The notes under the pieces were generated by a model that saw nothing but the letters and a program-made list of their open reading frames with translations, was not told where the DNA came from and searched no databases. Of a stretch of DNA of 64,000 nt, positions 49,873-58,317 are shown piece by piece. Each line of letters opens with the position of its first letter. Position 1 is the stretch's first letter. The stretch comes from a virus (lineage: Duplodnaviria > Caudoviricetes): positions 918 through 64,917 of IMG/VR virus record IMGVR_UViG_3300036802_000027. The stretch is one strand, 5' to 3'. A program made the position numbers and the translations under genes.

Positions 49873-50101
49873 TCGTGGACACCTCCGGTCTGATATTGTT
49901 CCACGTGGACTCACCGCGGTTATATGCATATATTGGACCTACCGCCCCGCCTTCGTTAACTTCCGCAACCGCGACAGCATCCGTGCTAAAGTGATTATTA
50001 CGTACAGCTAGTTTCGCGCGGCCGATCGTATTAAACGGTAACATCCAGATAAGTCGTCCATTTTCCGGAGAAACGATTCCGTACTTCTTCTCGCTACTCA
50101 T
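49865..50101 (-). CDS. hypothetical protein
   Basis: AGGAGG before ATG 50101. Confidence 0.55.
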   Translation of the reverse strand: MSSEKKYGIVSPENGRLIWMLPFNTIGRAKLAVRNNHFSTDAVAVAEVNEGGAVGPIYAYNRGESTWNNIRPEVSTNG

Positions 50102-50486
50102 GAACGAGCACCTCCTGTAATCCGTCATCGATAGTTTGACTCGCTGGGATCACCGCATCACGCTCAACGTAGTATTTAGCACGCTCAAGCACGTTACCTA
50201 ATCGTCTCGTTAGCGTTTCTAGCTCGTCCTTTCTTTCGCGTAACCGTCCAACCTCCGCCTCTGCCGCTAATGCCCGACGGATCGCGTGCGGCCATCCCTC
50301 GCGTGCCTCGATAATGAACTCCGTATCAGATTTTGTTATCTGCTCGCCTTCCTCCGTCAATACCGCAGTTTCAGCGTACATTCCATGCGGACCTTCAAAG
50401 GCGCTGGTACTTATATAGAACCCACCACTTGCCGCAGCACACAGCGCCATGTCTGCAAGTAAATCACGCTTAGTTTCCGTTGTCAT
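50094..50486 (-). CDS. hypothetical protein ('FIIEAREGWPHAI' ead/Ea22-like motif)
   Basis: RBS and overlap coupling. Confidence 0.6.
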   Translation of the reverse strand: MTTETKRDLLADMALCAAASGGFYISTSAFEGPHGMYAETAVLTEEGEQITKSDTEFIIEAREGWPHAIRRALAAEAEVGRLRERKDELETLTRRLGNVLERAKYYVERDAVIPASQTIDDGLQEVLVHE

Positions 50487-50794
50487 TTGCGTACCCCTTT
50501 CCTCGCATCAATCGTTTTTGTGGCTTCGCTTCCGTATACGGCGGTACCGTCCGGGAACTGCACGTATGCGTCACACTCTTGTCCGTGACCGCAACACGCG
50601 TTCATTACGTCTGCAAGCTCGCCTAAGCATCCGTCATGACCTTCCGAAGTCTGTGGGATAGCGCAATGTCCGCACGTTCTTTCCGCATATACTCCGTTAA
50701 CGACTGTTGGCTCTTTTGTGTCGCTATATACCCACACATTTCTTAACCTTTCTATCTCATGTCCGCGTAGATACGATTTAGTTTCCGCTGTCAT
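50483..50794 (-). CDS. Cys/His-rich hypothetical protein
   Basis: 'CGHC...GHDGCLGEL..VMNACCGHG'. Confidence 0.7.
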   Translation of the reverse strand: MTAETKSYLRGHEIERLRNVWVYSDTKEPTVVNGVYAERTCGHCAIPQTSEGHDGCLGELADVMNACCGHGQECDAYVQFPDGTAVYGSEATKTIDARKGVRK

Positions 50795-51074
50795 TCGCCT
50801 GTCCTCCTTTGCTTGATTCCGATTGTATATTGATTGGCGTAGATTGGTAAAACGTCATATTCGGCGATTATCTTAAAAACGAGCACATTCGCGTACGACC
50901 GCCTAAGTTTGTAACGAGCAGCATCTTTTTGTATTTTTTTCTCTTTTCGTTCATCTGTATTCGTATACGACCATAATCACTTGTATTCTTTAGCGGTATC
51001 CATAGACGATAAAACCCGACGATCTCGCTCATTCTCCGATAATCTCCGTTATTCTTAGATTTACATTTTCAAAG

Positions 51075-51272
51075 TTATGGGGATGGATGCCACCCCATTC
51101 CTACTATTAGTGCGATGCACACTATAAGTATGACGACCGCCGTAATGAGGACGCTCATCCACACCTTGACTGCGCGAGTATCCATGAGTACGCAAACTGC
51201 GATAAGTCCCGTAATACAAGACACAACCATTAGCGCCCACACAACCGCCGCGAAGAATAATTCCCAATTCAT
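51075..51272 (-). CDS. small two-helix membrane protein
   Basis: two hydrophobic segments, GAGGGAG RBS. Confidence 0.6.
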   Translation of the reverse strand: MNWELFFAAVVWALMVVSCITGLIAVCVLMDTRAVKVWMSVLITAVVILIVCIALIVGMGWHPSP

Positions 51273-51361
51273 TCCGCATCTCCCTCTTCGTCTTGTTTTC
51301 GGTAATGCTCGATAATATCGTTGACTGTTTCGATTTTCATATTGCGTAATTCCCTCCGTTA

Positions 51362-51817
51362 TTAGTTATATGGATGCCCTGCACCGAACTGCGCGGCGTC
51401 ATCGTAGTTTATTTCTGCCAGTTCCTCAAACGCACGCTTCTGCATGTACGTTCGGTACGCCTTTTGAGCGCTACTCACTTTAGATATAGACGCACCTACT
51501 CGTAAGCACTCCGCAATAAACTCATCGTCTGTGTCCAATGAAGGAACGCCTTGTTCGCGTAAACGCCAATGCACGAGTTCATGTAAAAGCGTCATCTCGA
51601 CTTCCTCCGGTGTCCTCTCCGCATTCCTGTACGTGTCCATCCGGATTTCTCGCAAGTCCTTCGCTTTGTTGAAAACGTACATTCCGTTATATTGCCGCCA
51701 TCTCCGATTACCTAGCGCAAATGTCCCCGTATAGTCAACGCCCCAATGCTTGCGCGACAATTCGTTAGCAAGCGCCAGAAGTCGCGACTGTTCCGCAAGT
51801 AATTCCGCTTTTTTCAT
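51362..51817 (-). CDS. SprT-like zinc metalloprotease
   Basis: 'TLLHELVHW' HExxH motif. Confidence 0.8.
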   Translation of the reverse strand: MKKAELLAEQSRLLALANELSRKHWGVDYTGTFALGNRRWRQYNGMYVFNKAKDLREIRMDTYRNAERTPEEVEMTLLHELVHWRLREQGVPSLDTDDEFIAECLRVGASISKVSSAQKAYRTYMQKRAFEELAEINYDDAAQFGAGHPYN

Positions 51818-52173
51818 TCAGCGTTCACCTCCGCCACCTTTCCGTCCCATGCCGCGAATTGTTCCAGCGCTTGGGCTCTGCGGAGTTCTTTCTCCGCTTG
51901 CTTACGCTGATACTGCGCTGACCATTCAATATCCGCGTAATAATCGTGAATGGCGCGGTTGACTATCGCAATAAAGTCCGGATTATTCTTATTGTACACG
52001 TTATCTTTACTACCACTTTCATACCACTCGTGGCTTACCTTACGAAATCCGAATCGCTTACGTTTAACGTACAGACTAACAACCGCGCTCGTTTCGCATA
52101 ACCCTTCGCGTTCCTTAATTCTAACGCGATACTCCGTTCCATCCGGAGCCGTTACCGGAAACTTCGTTAACAT
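51814..52173 (-). CDS. hypothetical protein
   Basis: GGAGG RBS; 119 aa. Confidence 0.6.
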   Translation of the reverse strand: MLTKFPVTAPDGTEYRVRIKEREGLCETSAVVSLYVKRKRFGFRKVSHEWYESGSKDNVYNKNNPDFIAIVNRAIHDYYADIEWSAQYQRKQAEKELRRAQALEQFAAWDGKVAEVNAE

Positions 52174-52246
52174 TTGTCCACCTCCGTTAATTTAGCGTCA
52201 TTTCAGCGCTTTCCCTCCGCACCCTACCGTTAACACTCCCGTCAGC

Positions 52247-52603
52247 CTACGACGCCACGACCACGCTCACACTCGGTAATTTCACGCCACTATTAATCGC
52301 GTCAACGATGTGCTCCGTCTCCGCCTGGATTAGCGCCACCAATTCACCTAAATCCGTTACACCTGACGATGCGACAGTGCGGATTCGGACGTAGTCGAGA
52401 GCTGACGTGAGGCCTGCGCTGGTCAACGAATAGTATGCGATAGTCTTCCAGACTTCGCGCAGCTCCGTTGATCCACCTTTTGTCGCGTCATATCCGGGCG
52501 CTTTCGTAGGGTCAACGACTGTGCGCGCCAGGATTACGAAGTTATTTGAGTCGGCGGATAGAGCGTAGTCGGGCGTGAGTTTAACGTTGATTTGTGTTGT
52601 CAT
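52247..52603 (-). CDS. hypothetical protein
   Basis: GGAGG RBS; 'YALSADSNNFVI' motif. Confidence 0.6.
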   Translation of the reverse strand: MTTQINVKLTPDYALSADSNNFVILARTVVDPTKAPGYDATKGGSTELREVWKTIAYYSLTSAGLTSALDYVRIRTVASSGVTDLGELVALIQAETEHIVDAINSGVKLPSVSVVVAS

Positions 52604-53145
52604 TATGCGTTCACCTCCGTGATTTTGATGCCGAGTGTGTTGATAGCAAATAGGATTCCATTACCGTAAGCACCGACGCCTTCCCTTTGCGTAAATTGAT
52701 CACGAATCTTATCGTGCGCCAGTTCCTTCGCGGATCTCTCGATGACATAGCCGTTGACTAATACGGAAAGTAGCGTGTCGAACGGGATTGATCGGAGGAT
52801 CTCGTAATATGCCCTAACTCCGCCATCTTGCGTTGCACATCGAATGATTTCGTCGGATGTGTACTCCGCCGTGCGCATACTTCCAATCAACTCTGCAACC
52901 TCCTTCGGAATTGTGACTAACGTGATTGTACGTTGATTAAGCGTAGCTGATTCGTTCATATTAACGTCGCCTCCTTCGATTATTAGCGTTCCTGTGTAAT
53001 TACGTGCAAATCCGGTTACGTATTCGCGAGTGTACGTATGTCCGACAGTTGCGTGAATATTCGGATACCCCTTCGTGTAGCGGTAAGTACCGTCGGGCTG
53101 GCGTTCAAATACGTGACTCGCGGATTCTTTGGTCAATTCGTGCAT
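52603..53145 (-). CDS. hypothetical protein (DUF1642-like C-terminal part)
   Basis: 'VTIPKEVAELI...VLVNGYVIE'. Confidence 0.6.
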   Translation of the reverse strand: MHELTKESASHVFERQPDGTYRYTKGYPNIHATVGHTYTREYVTGFARNYTGTLIIEGGDVNMNESATLNQRTITLVTIPKEVAELIGSMRTAEYTSDEIIRCATQDGGVRAYYEILRSIPFDTLLSVLVNGYVIERSAKELAHDKIRDQFTQREGVGAYGNGILFAINTLGIKITEVNA

Positions 53146-53776
53146 ATTGCGTCCTCCTTTGAGTAATGAAATATGTAATATAGTGCAAACGATTTGGCGT
53201 AATTATAACGGATGAGTCTACGCGATAAAATTAATAGTTGACACTTTCGGTATCGTGTGTTATTTTATTAAATCTTTAAAGAACTATAAGATCTTAAGTA
53301 CTTAAGTTCTAAGAACTAATATATTAATCACTATCGTTCTTAATATATTCCGCATCGGATACAGTACAATCCGCTACGGGACTAGTAATACATATAGGAA
53401 TACGCGTAGAACTTAAGATAAAAGGCAAAAGATAAGCCCGACCCGCCGCGTTTCGTCCGCCCTCACCATCGACTTGCCCCGCATCCCTGTATTTCTTCCG
53501 TAAATCACCGTTGATTTAGCCGTTTTGATAGCGAAGGGGTATAAATGTTACCCTCCGATATCAAAACGTCCGTAGCACGCTGAGATTACGGAAGGATTAC
53601 ATATGTTACGTTTACGTAAACACTGACGATGATGATTTCGTATACGGAAACGTAAACGAATACAAATGTATTAAAAATCTCATCCGCTATACTTCAGTAA
53701 GTGTAAAATAGTGCAAACGATTAGTAGGCGTAGTTAGGCCGCATCCATTACGTTAGCGCCAACTAAATGGTCCTAA

Positions 53777-54493
53777 CTATGACACTAGCTTACGCTGCAG
53801 GTACGCAATTCCTTTCGGAGTCACTCTCATTACTGGAATCGCGGTCATCTTGCCGAGTACACGTCTCATTGCTTCGACGACTTCAAAGTAGCCACCATCG
53901 AGATAGCGCTGATATGGAAGGTTCTCCTGCGTTAGCATTTTTTCTTCGCGTAGTCGCTTGTACAGCGTGTTGCGTCCGATGCCAAGTGCCTTTGATGCTT
54001 CCGCCATAGATTGCGTACCGTCTGCAGCAATGAACGTATCGTATGCTGCTACCTTCGGGGCCTGAACGGTTAACTGCGCTTCTGCTGCGAGCCTGGCGTT
54101 ACGTTCGTCACGAAGGCGCGTTACCGTTTTGATTAGGAAGTCTGGATCGTCGAGCAACGTATCAGTGGCGTACATCCCGTTTTGGCGGATTGACGGAATA
54201 ACATCATGCGTAATCCAACGTTTAAATGCGCGGGCTTCCGGTTTACGACTACCGAGGATTAACTGGTATAGACCGGATTCGTTTACTAACGTTGTATTTG
54301 GGTTACGGCTTAAAGTGTCCGTTAAGCGGATAGTTTGTTTCTCGTCCTCATCAAGACGTGCTACTGCGTTTCCTTGGTTCGTGATACTTAGCGCGTCACA
54401 AACATCCTTCGCTACAAACCACGGCTCGCCACCGACCGTTACCGTTCTAACTTGCGCATTTCCATACTCGAATACCTTCGTTAACTGTTCCAT
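53777..54493 (-). CDS. ant: phage antirepressor (BRO-N plus KilAC/ANT C-terminal domain)
   Basis: 'GEPWFVAKDVCDAL', 'VNESGLYQLILGSRKPEARAFKRWI', 'APKVAAYD'. Confidence 0.92.
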   Translation of the reverse strand: MEQLTKVFEYGNAQVRTVTVGGEPWFVAKDVCDALSITNQGNAVARLDEDEKQTIRLTDTLSRNPNTTLVNESGLYQLILGSRKPEARAFKRWITHDVIPSIRQNGMYATDTLLDDPDFLIKTVTRLRDERNARLAAEAQLTVQAPKVAAYDTFIAADGTQSMAEASKALGIGRNTLYKRLREEKMLTQENLPYQRYLDGGYFEVVEAMRRVLGKMTAIPVMRVTPKGIAYLQRKLVS

Positions 54494-54523
54494 TTCGCCC
54501 CGCTCCGTTTCTTCGATTATTTT

Positions 54524-54744
54524 GCTTACAGTGTATTATTCGGATTCAACGACCTACTCTGCACACTTCCGCGAAAATAATTTCGCTTACATATTAGTAA
54601 CGAACGCCGATTCCGTTTCGCACACCTCCGTGTTATTTCGCCTTACATGGTAATAACGTTGGCCGACTGTATTAATCGCGTTTTGGCGAATAATTATTTT
54701 CAGCTTATACTAATACCAACGACGCTCGCGTGGGATCGGCACAC
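54524..54744 (-). promoter_or_regulatory. tandem array of four ~60-bp promoter-like units upstream of ant
   Basis: CTTA(C/T)A at 54525, 54586, 54642, 54704 on plus; three units with GCACAC (class B), one with ATCGCG (class A). Confidence 0.65.
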
Positions 54745-54904
54745 TTTTCCCTAAAATAAACGAAAAAAAATAACGCCACCTCCGAAGAGATGACGCTGTA
54801 ATATCATTATTAATAGGAAACGATGCGTATTTGACGAGAAATAAAATGTAATACGTTTACGTAATCATCAACATATTTGTATACGTAATTGTCTGCGTGG
54901 ATGA

Positions 54905-55168
54905 TTACGTTTCTTTAAAATACTCGTCGAGCAACTCGTTTATGATAACGGTCATCGCGCCACGTTCTGCGCTGATTTCTTCGTCAATCTTAAGCATCAA
55001 GTCCTTACGTATCCAGAACGTACGGCGTCCGTGTGTTTCCTCAAACTTCGGCTTTGGCGTGCGTTTGCGCTTGGGCGATGGCTCTGCGTTGATAAGCTGC
55101 GTGTGCACTGCGGACTTTGGACCGTTTTTTATTTTATTCTTAAGCTCATCCATTTTATTTTGAGACAC
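54905..55168 (-). CDS. small centromere-binding partner of ParA (ribbon-helix-helix type)
   Basis: 87 aa coupled to parA; 'RRTFWIRKDLMLKID...IINELLDEYF'. Confidence 0.75.
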   Translation of the reverse strand: MSQNKMDELKNKIKNGPKSAVHTQLINAEPSPKRKRTPKPKFEETHGRRTFWIRKDLMLKIDEEISAERGAMTVIINELLDEYFKET

Positions 55169-55922
55169 GTTCGATCAACTCCTTAACAAATTCTCGATAT
55201 TGTGTAACCGCGCTGTTTAATTCGGGGTTATCAATAAATCCGTTTATACTGATTCGTCCGGCGGAAGCTGTACGTGTTAGAACAGTATTAAAGCACAGGT
55301 CTCCGTACTCATCGCCAACTAGCTGCAGCAATACCTTATTATCCGTACGTCTTGCGTCAATCATTCCGCGTAGTATCCCAGCGACTTCCATTTTTACGCC
55401 GTCTACCTCTTGTACGTGAATACACGTCTCCAAGAATCGCGATAACGCCGTATAACAGAATTTACTCGCTTCGAACATAGCGATAACATAGTCGGATGCA
55501 GCTAACGCGTTTATCGTCTGCTCTCCGAGCGCTGGCGGCGTATCAATAATGATATAATCGTAATCGTCCCGAATTGGTTTAAGTGTATCTGCTAATACTA
55601 ACGACATGTTTCCACGATAAGGCTCGCTGTAGAGCCATCGCGAAAAACTAGCAAGGATGTCGTTTGCGGTTAGGATGTGCAGAGAGTCTGAAATCCTATG
55701 TATATAATTCCGCGCATCCTGGGCCTTTAACGCCTCGAAAATAGTGTTATCCTGGAAATCATATATATCCTGTTGCGTTAACAATTCAGTAAGATTCCCC
55801 TGTGAATCCATATCTACTGCTAAAACCTTGTATTTCTCGCTCAATAGGTATGCTACTACACCGGATGTTGTTGTCTTTGAGCTACCACCCTTCTGTATCC
55901 CAAACGTTATAATTTTAGCCAA
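55155..55922 (-). CDS. parA: ParA/Soj family partition ATPase (type Ib)
   Basis: deviant Walker A 'QKGGSSKTTT', 'VDMDSQGN', 'IIDTPP'. Confidence 0.95.
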   Translation of the reverse strand: MAKIITFGIQKGGSSKTTTSGVVAYLLSEKYKVLAVDMDSQGNLTELLTQQDIYDFQDNTIFEALKAQDARNYIHRISDSLHILTANDILASFSRWLYSEPYRGNMSLVLADTLKPIRDDYDYIIIDTPPALGEQTINALAASDYVIAMFEASKFCYTALSRFLETCIHVQEVDGVKMEVAGILRGMIDARRTDNKVLLQLVGDEYGDLCFNTVLTRTASAGRISINGFIDNPELNSAVTQYREFVKELIERVSK

Positions 55923-55974
55923 CCTAACTCCCCCTTATAGTAGAAGCGTTTAATCTAGTAACTAGTATATAATA

Positions 55975-56030
55975 CGTTTATGTACATGTAAACATTTCCG
56001 TAGACGTAAACGTAGTTGTTTACGTTTCTT
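55975..56030. promoter_or_regulatory. parA promoter with parS-like GTTTACGT repeats
   Basis: minus TTTACA-17-TATACT; ACGTAAAC 56004-56011 and GTTTACGT 56018-56025. Confidence 0.6.
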
Positions 56031-56109
56031 CGATTTCTGAGACATGTCGCGATAAGATATATGAGTTAACTATATTATTGTGAATTATTCAAACGGTGTA
56101 AATTTCACA

Positions 56110-56860
56110 ATAATCACTGCTGTATTGTATCTAGTTACTCCTTGTTGCTCGCTCCTATCTCCTGTACCTTGTCCTGTTTCACCACGGTTTAAAGATGCCG
56201 GCCTTTGTCCGGTTCCTCATCGTTCACGTCACGGAATGGATAACGAAATTCACGTTAACCACACCGTTCGGTTCACGCTGCGGCTGCTCTTACTACCTAC
56301 TACACATCGCCTTCAACGTTTTTAGGTTGTGGAATTTTTCTGTTGACTTTAAGGGTTTAATCGGCACGCTGGAATGGCTTGGCTTAGGAAACGGCTACAG
56401 ATAACCAACCCGCGCCTACACGAGTAAAAAGTATAGGCGCAAAGGTCGGGATATCGTACGTGACTCGCCGTATAAGGCAGGATGAGTGTTCCGTGTACCC
56501 ATGCTCGATATACGGTCACTACGACCGTTAGCGTCTTTTTACTCGTAAAGCTGATCCTACGAGCTGTGTTGCTTGTTATGACGCTACCTCCTCGCTTACG
56601 CGACTCAGACTACCACCAGACCGTTTATGGGCGTCCTCCCCTAGTCGTACTCGGCGTGAGCATGGTTACGCCTTGGTGAGTACACGCTGTCCGTCATGTT
56701 TCAACGATTTATGGCATCGGCTACAGCTAAACCTTTAGCATTTTTAACGTGTTCTCGCTGCTCTCCACGTTGGCGCGTCCTACTTTAGACAATAGGAAAC
56801 TAGACCCTCGGTACCTCGTTTTTTCGCGAGATCCGGAGTGGCGCCGTTTATTTAGTTTTA
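56110..56860 (-). ncRNA. candidate large (~750 nt) structured non-coding RNA
   Basis: no credible ORF; many helices, GNRA loop and G-U pairs consistent with minus-strand RNA; two long-range loop complementarities (12 bp and 8 bp); ends approximate. Confidence 0.6.
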
Positions 56861-56876
56861 GGTATGTAATTAAACG

Positions 56877-56925
56877 AAAAGGAGCCCCAATCCCATCCGC
56901 ATATTAACGAAGGAATCGAGGCTCC
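56877..56925 (-). terminator. intrinsic terminator
   Basis: 14-bp stem with three G-U pairs on minus strand followed by UUUUCGUUU. Confidence 0.75.
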
Positions 56926-57110
56926 ACATATATCATGACAATTCCCCATATAGCCTTGCCCTCTTGTGGCAAAAATGGTATGATGGGTACATCAAAGTCA
57001 TTGTTTAAGTGTCGCCTGTTTCTGTCCGTTCGTGCGGATAGTAAGCAGCATCGGGTTGGTAGCCCGAGTCGCCTTGAAACAGTGACTATTTTGTTTTCCA
57101 TTTAATTCTA
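56926..57110 (-). ncRNA. candidate ~240-nt structured RNA ending at the 56877 terminator
   Basis: multibranch CUGUUUC/GAAACAG helix enclosing two hairpins; sigma-A promoter TTGACG-18-TATATT at 57222-57193. Confidence 0.45.
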
Positions 57111-57332
57111 TGAATCTAGCATAACACAATCTACTGGTTCGTGGAAGTACGACATTTAACAACGTAATTCAAGGACGATTCCTTCCGATATTAATATACA
57201 TCAACGTATACGTGTACGTCAATACAATCGTAAATGTTTACGTAAATATCTACGCAGGAAAACCATTAATATTGTAGTATTCTTCGTAATTAGACGTAGC
57301 ATCTGACGGTTAATTTGTTTATAACTAAACGC

Positions 57333-57385
57333 AAAAAAGGCGCAGACTCAAACGGAATCACTTTCCGCGAGAACTGCGCTTTTTA
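57333..57385. terminator. bidirectional terminator
   Basis: GCGCAG...CTGCGC stem with A- and T-tracts on both sides. Confidence 0.7.
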
Positions 57386-57405
57386 TTTCATTATTTTTCA
57401 CTTGT

Positions 57406-58074
57406 CTACAGATTATTCTCCATTGGGATAGACGGTTCTGGTAATCTTTCATAGATATCGCGAGGTATGTAATATTTACGCGCCAAAGCGTAAGGGATTG
57501 TATAATCTCCAAACATATTGTCTAACGCCTTATCGTAGTCTATTCCTTCTGTTTGTTCCCTCCTCCAAGAAATATATACGCCATCATTCTCGCCCCCACC
57601 AACGTTATCCATTTTAGTACTAATACTCACCTCATAAACTTCTGGATTTTCAAACAGTATTTTTGAGTATGCTAAAAGGGAACCGCCCGACTTCCTAACA
57701 AAATCTTTTACATCTCCAAACATCCCTGGATTGACAGTTATATCAATGTACTTTCCTTTATCGTCCTCACTATATACGAATTTCCTAAAAGTAGTATCTG
57801 TTAACATAATTGACACTGCCGCATGTCCCGTGTCTTTTAGTGCTTCTCTAACGTTTTTCTCGTTAACCTCAGCTTTACTCCAATCAAATACAGGAGCATC
57901 TTCTTCTTTTGTCTCTTTTAGTCTTACAACACTCTCGACTACCGGTACAGTTACCTCCTCCTTAGTTATCTCTGGTTGGTCCTTGTTTACACTGTTAGAC
58001 GTTATAGTAGCCGCTTCCCCGCATCCCGAAGCCAGAACTGCGATTAGTATTAGTACAAAGCCTAATTTCCGCAT
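57406..58074 (-). CDS. lipoprotein (moron)
   Basis: lipobox 'LASGC' after signal peptide; own terminator. Confidence 0.8.
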   Translation of the reverse strand: MRKLGFVLILIAVLASGCGEAATITSNSVNKDQPEITKEEVTVPVVESVVRLKETKEEDAPVFDWSKAEVNEKNVREALKDTGHAAVSIMLTDTTFRKFVYSEDDKGKYIDITVNPGMFGDVKDFVRKSGGSLLAYSKILFENPEVYEVSISTKMDNVGGGENDGVYISWRREQTEGIDYDKALDNMFGDYTIPYALARKYYIPRDIYERLPEPSIPMENNL

Positions 58075-58244
58075 ATATGCATCCCCTATCGTTTTCCCTA
58101 AATTTTATCACTCTACTATATTACGCGTCTAGACGAAGAAAAGCGCCCGCTGACGAATCCCCACGTTTTATATACGTAGAAACTCGCCAACGGGCGCAGT
58201 TTTATTTCCGAATATCGTCTTTTAAACCTCACATAACATAATAC

Positions 58245-58273
58245 TTGCGTATTATATAATACCGCGGTATACT
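58245..58273 (+). promoter_or_regulatory. strong sigma-A promoter with two 12-bp palindromes
   Basis: TTGCGT-17-TATACT; TATTATATAATA (58250-58261) and ATACCGCGGTAT (58259-58270) between and over the boxes. Confidence 0.8.
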
Positions 58274-58317
58274 AAGTTTAGTTAAGAAATACCAACCAAA
58301 ACGAGGAGGAACAAACA

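Noticed and set aside
56110-56860. Group I/II intron or IS200/605 RNA
   Set aside because: Intergenic, no recognisable group II domain V or GUGYG start, no associated RT, nuclease or transposase.
57010-57090. Hammerhead ribozyme or I-C repeat in the 57 kb RNA
   Set aside because: Three-way junction lacks CUGANGA; GTCGCC/TTGAAAC fragments do not form the 32-nt repeat stem.
56904-57101. 65-aa ORF from the track as a real gene
   Set aside because: No SD, no protein-like features, and it overlaps a structured RNA and terminator.
58270-58290. Self-targeting of the operon promoter by the 33-nt spacer-like segment
   Set aside because: Only 7 nt (AAACTTA) match and no adjacent TTC PAM; insufficient.
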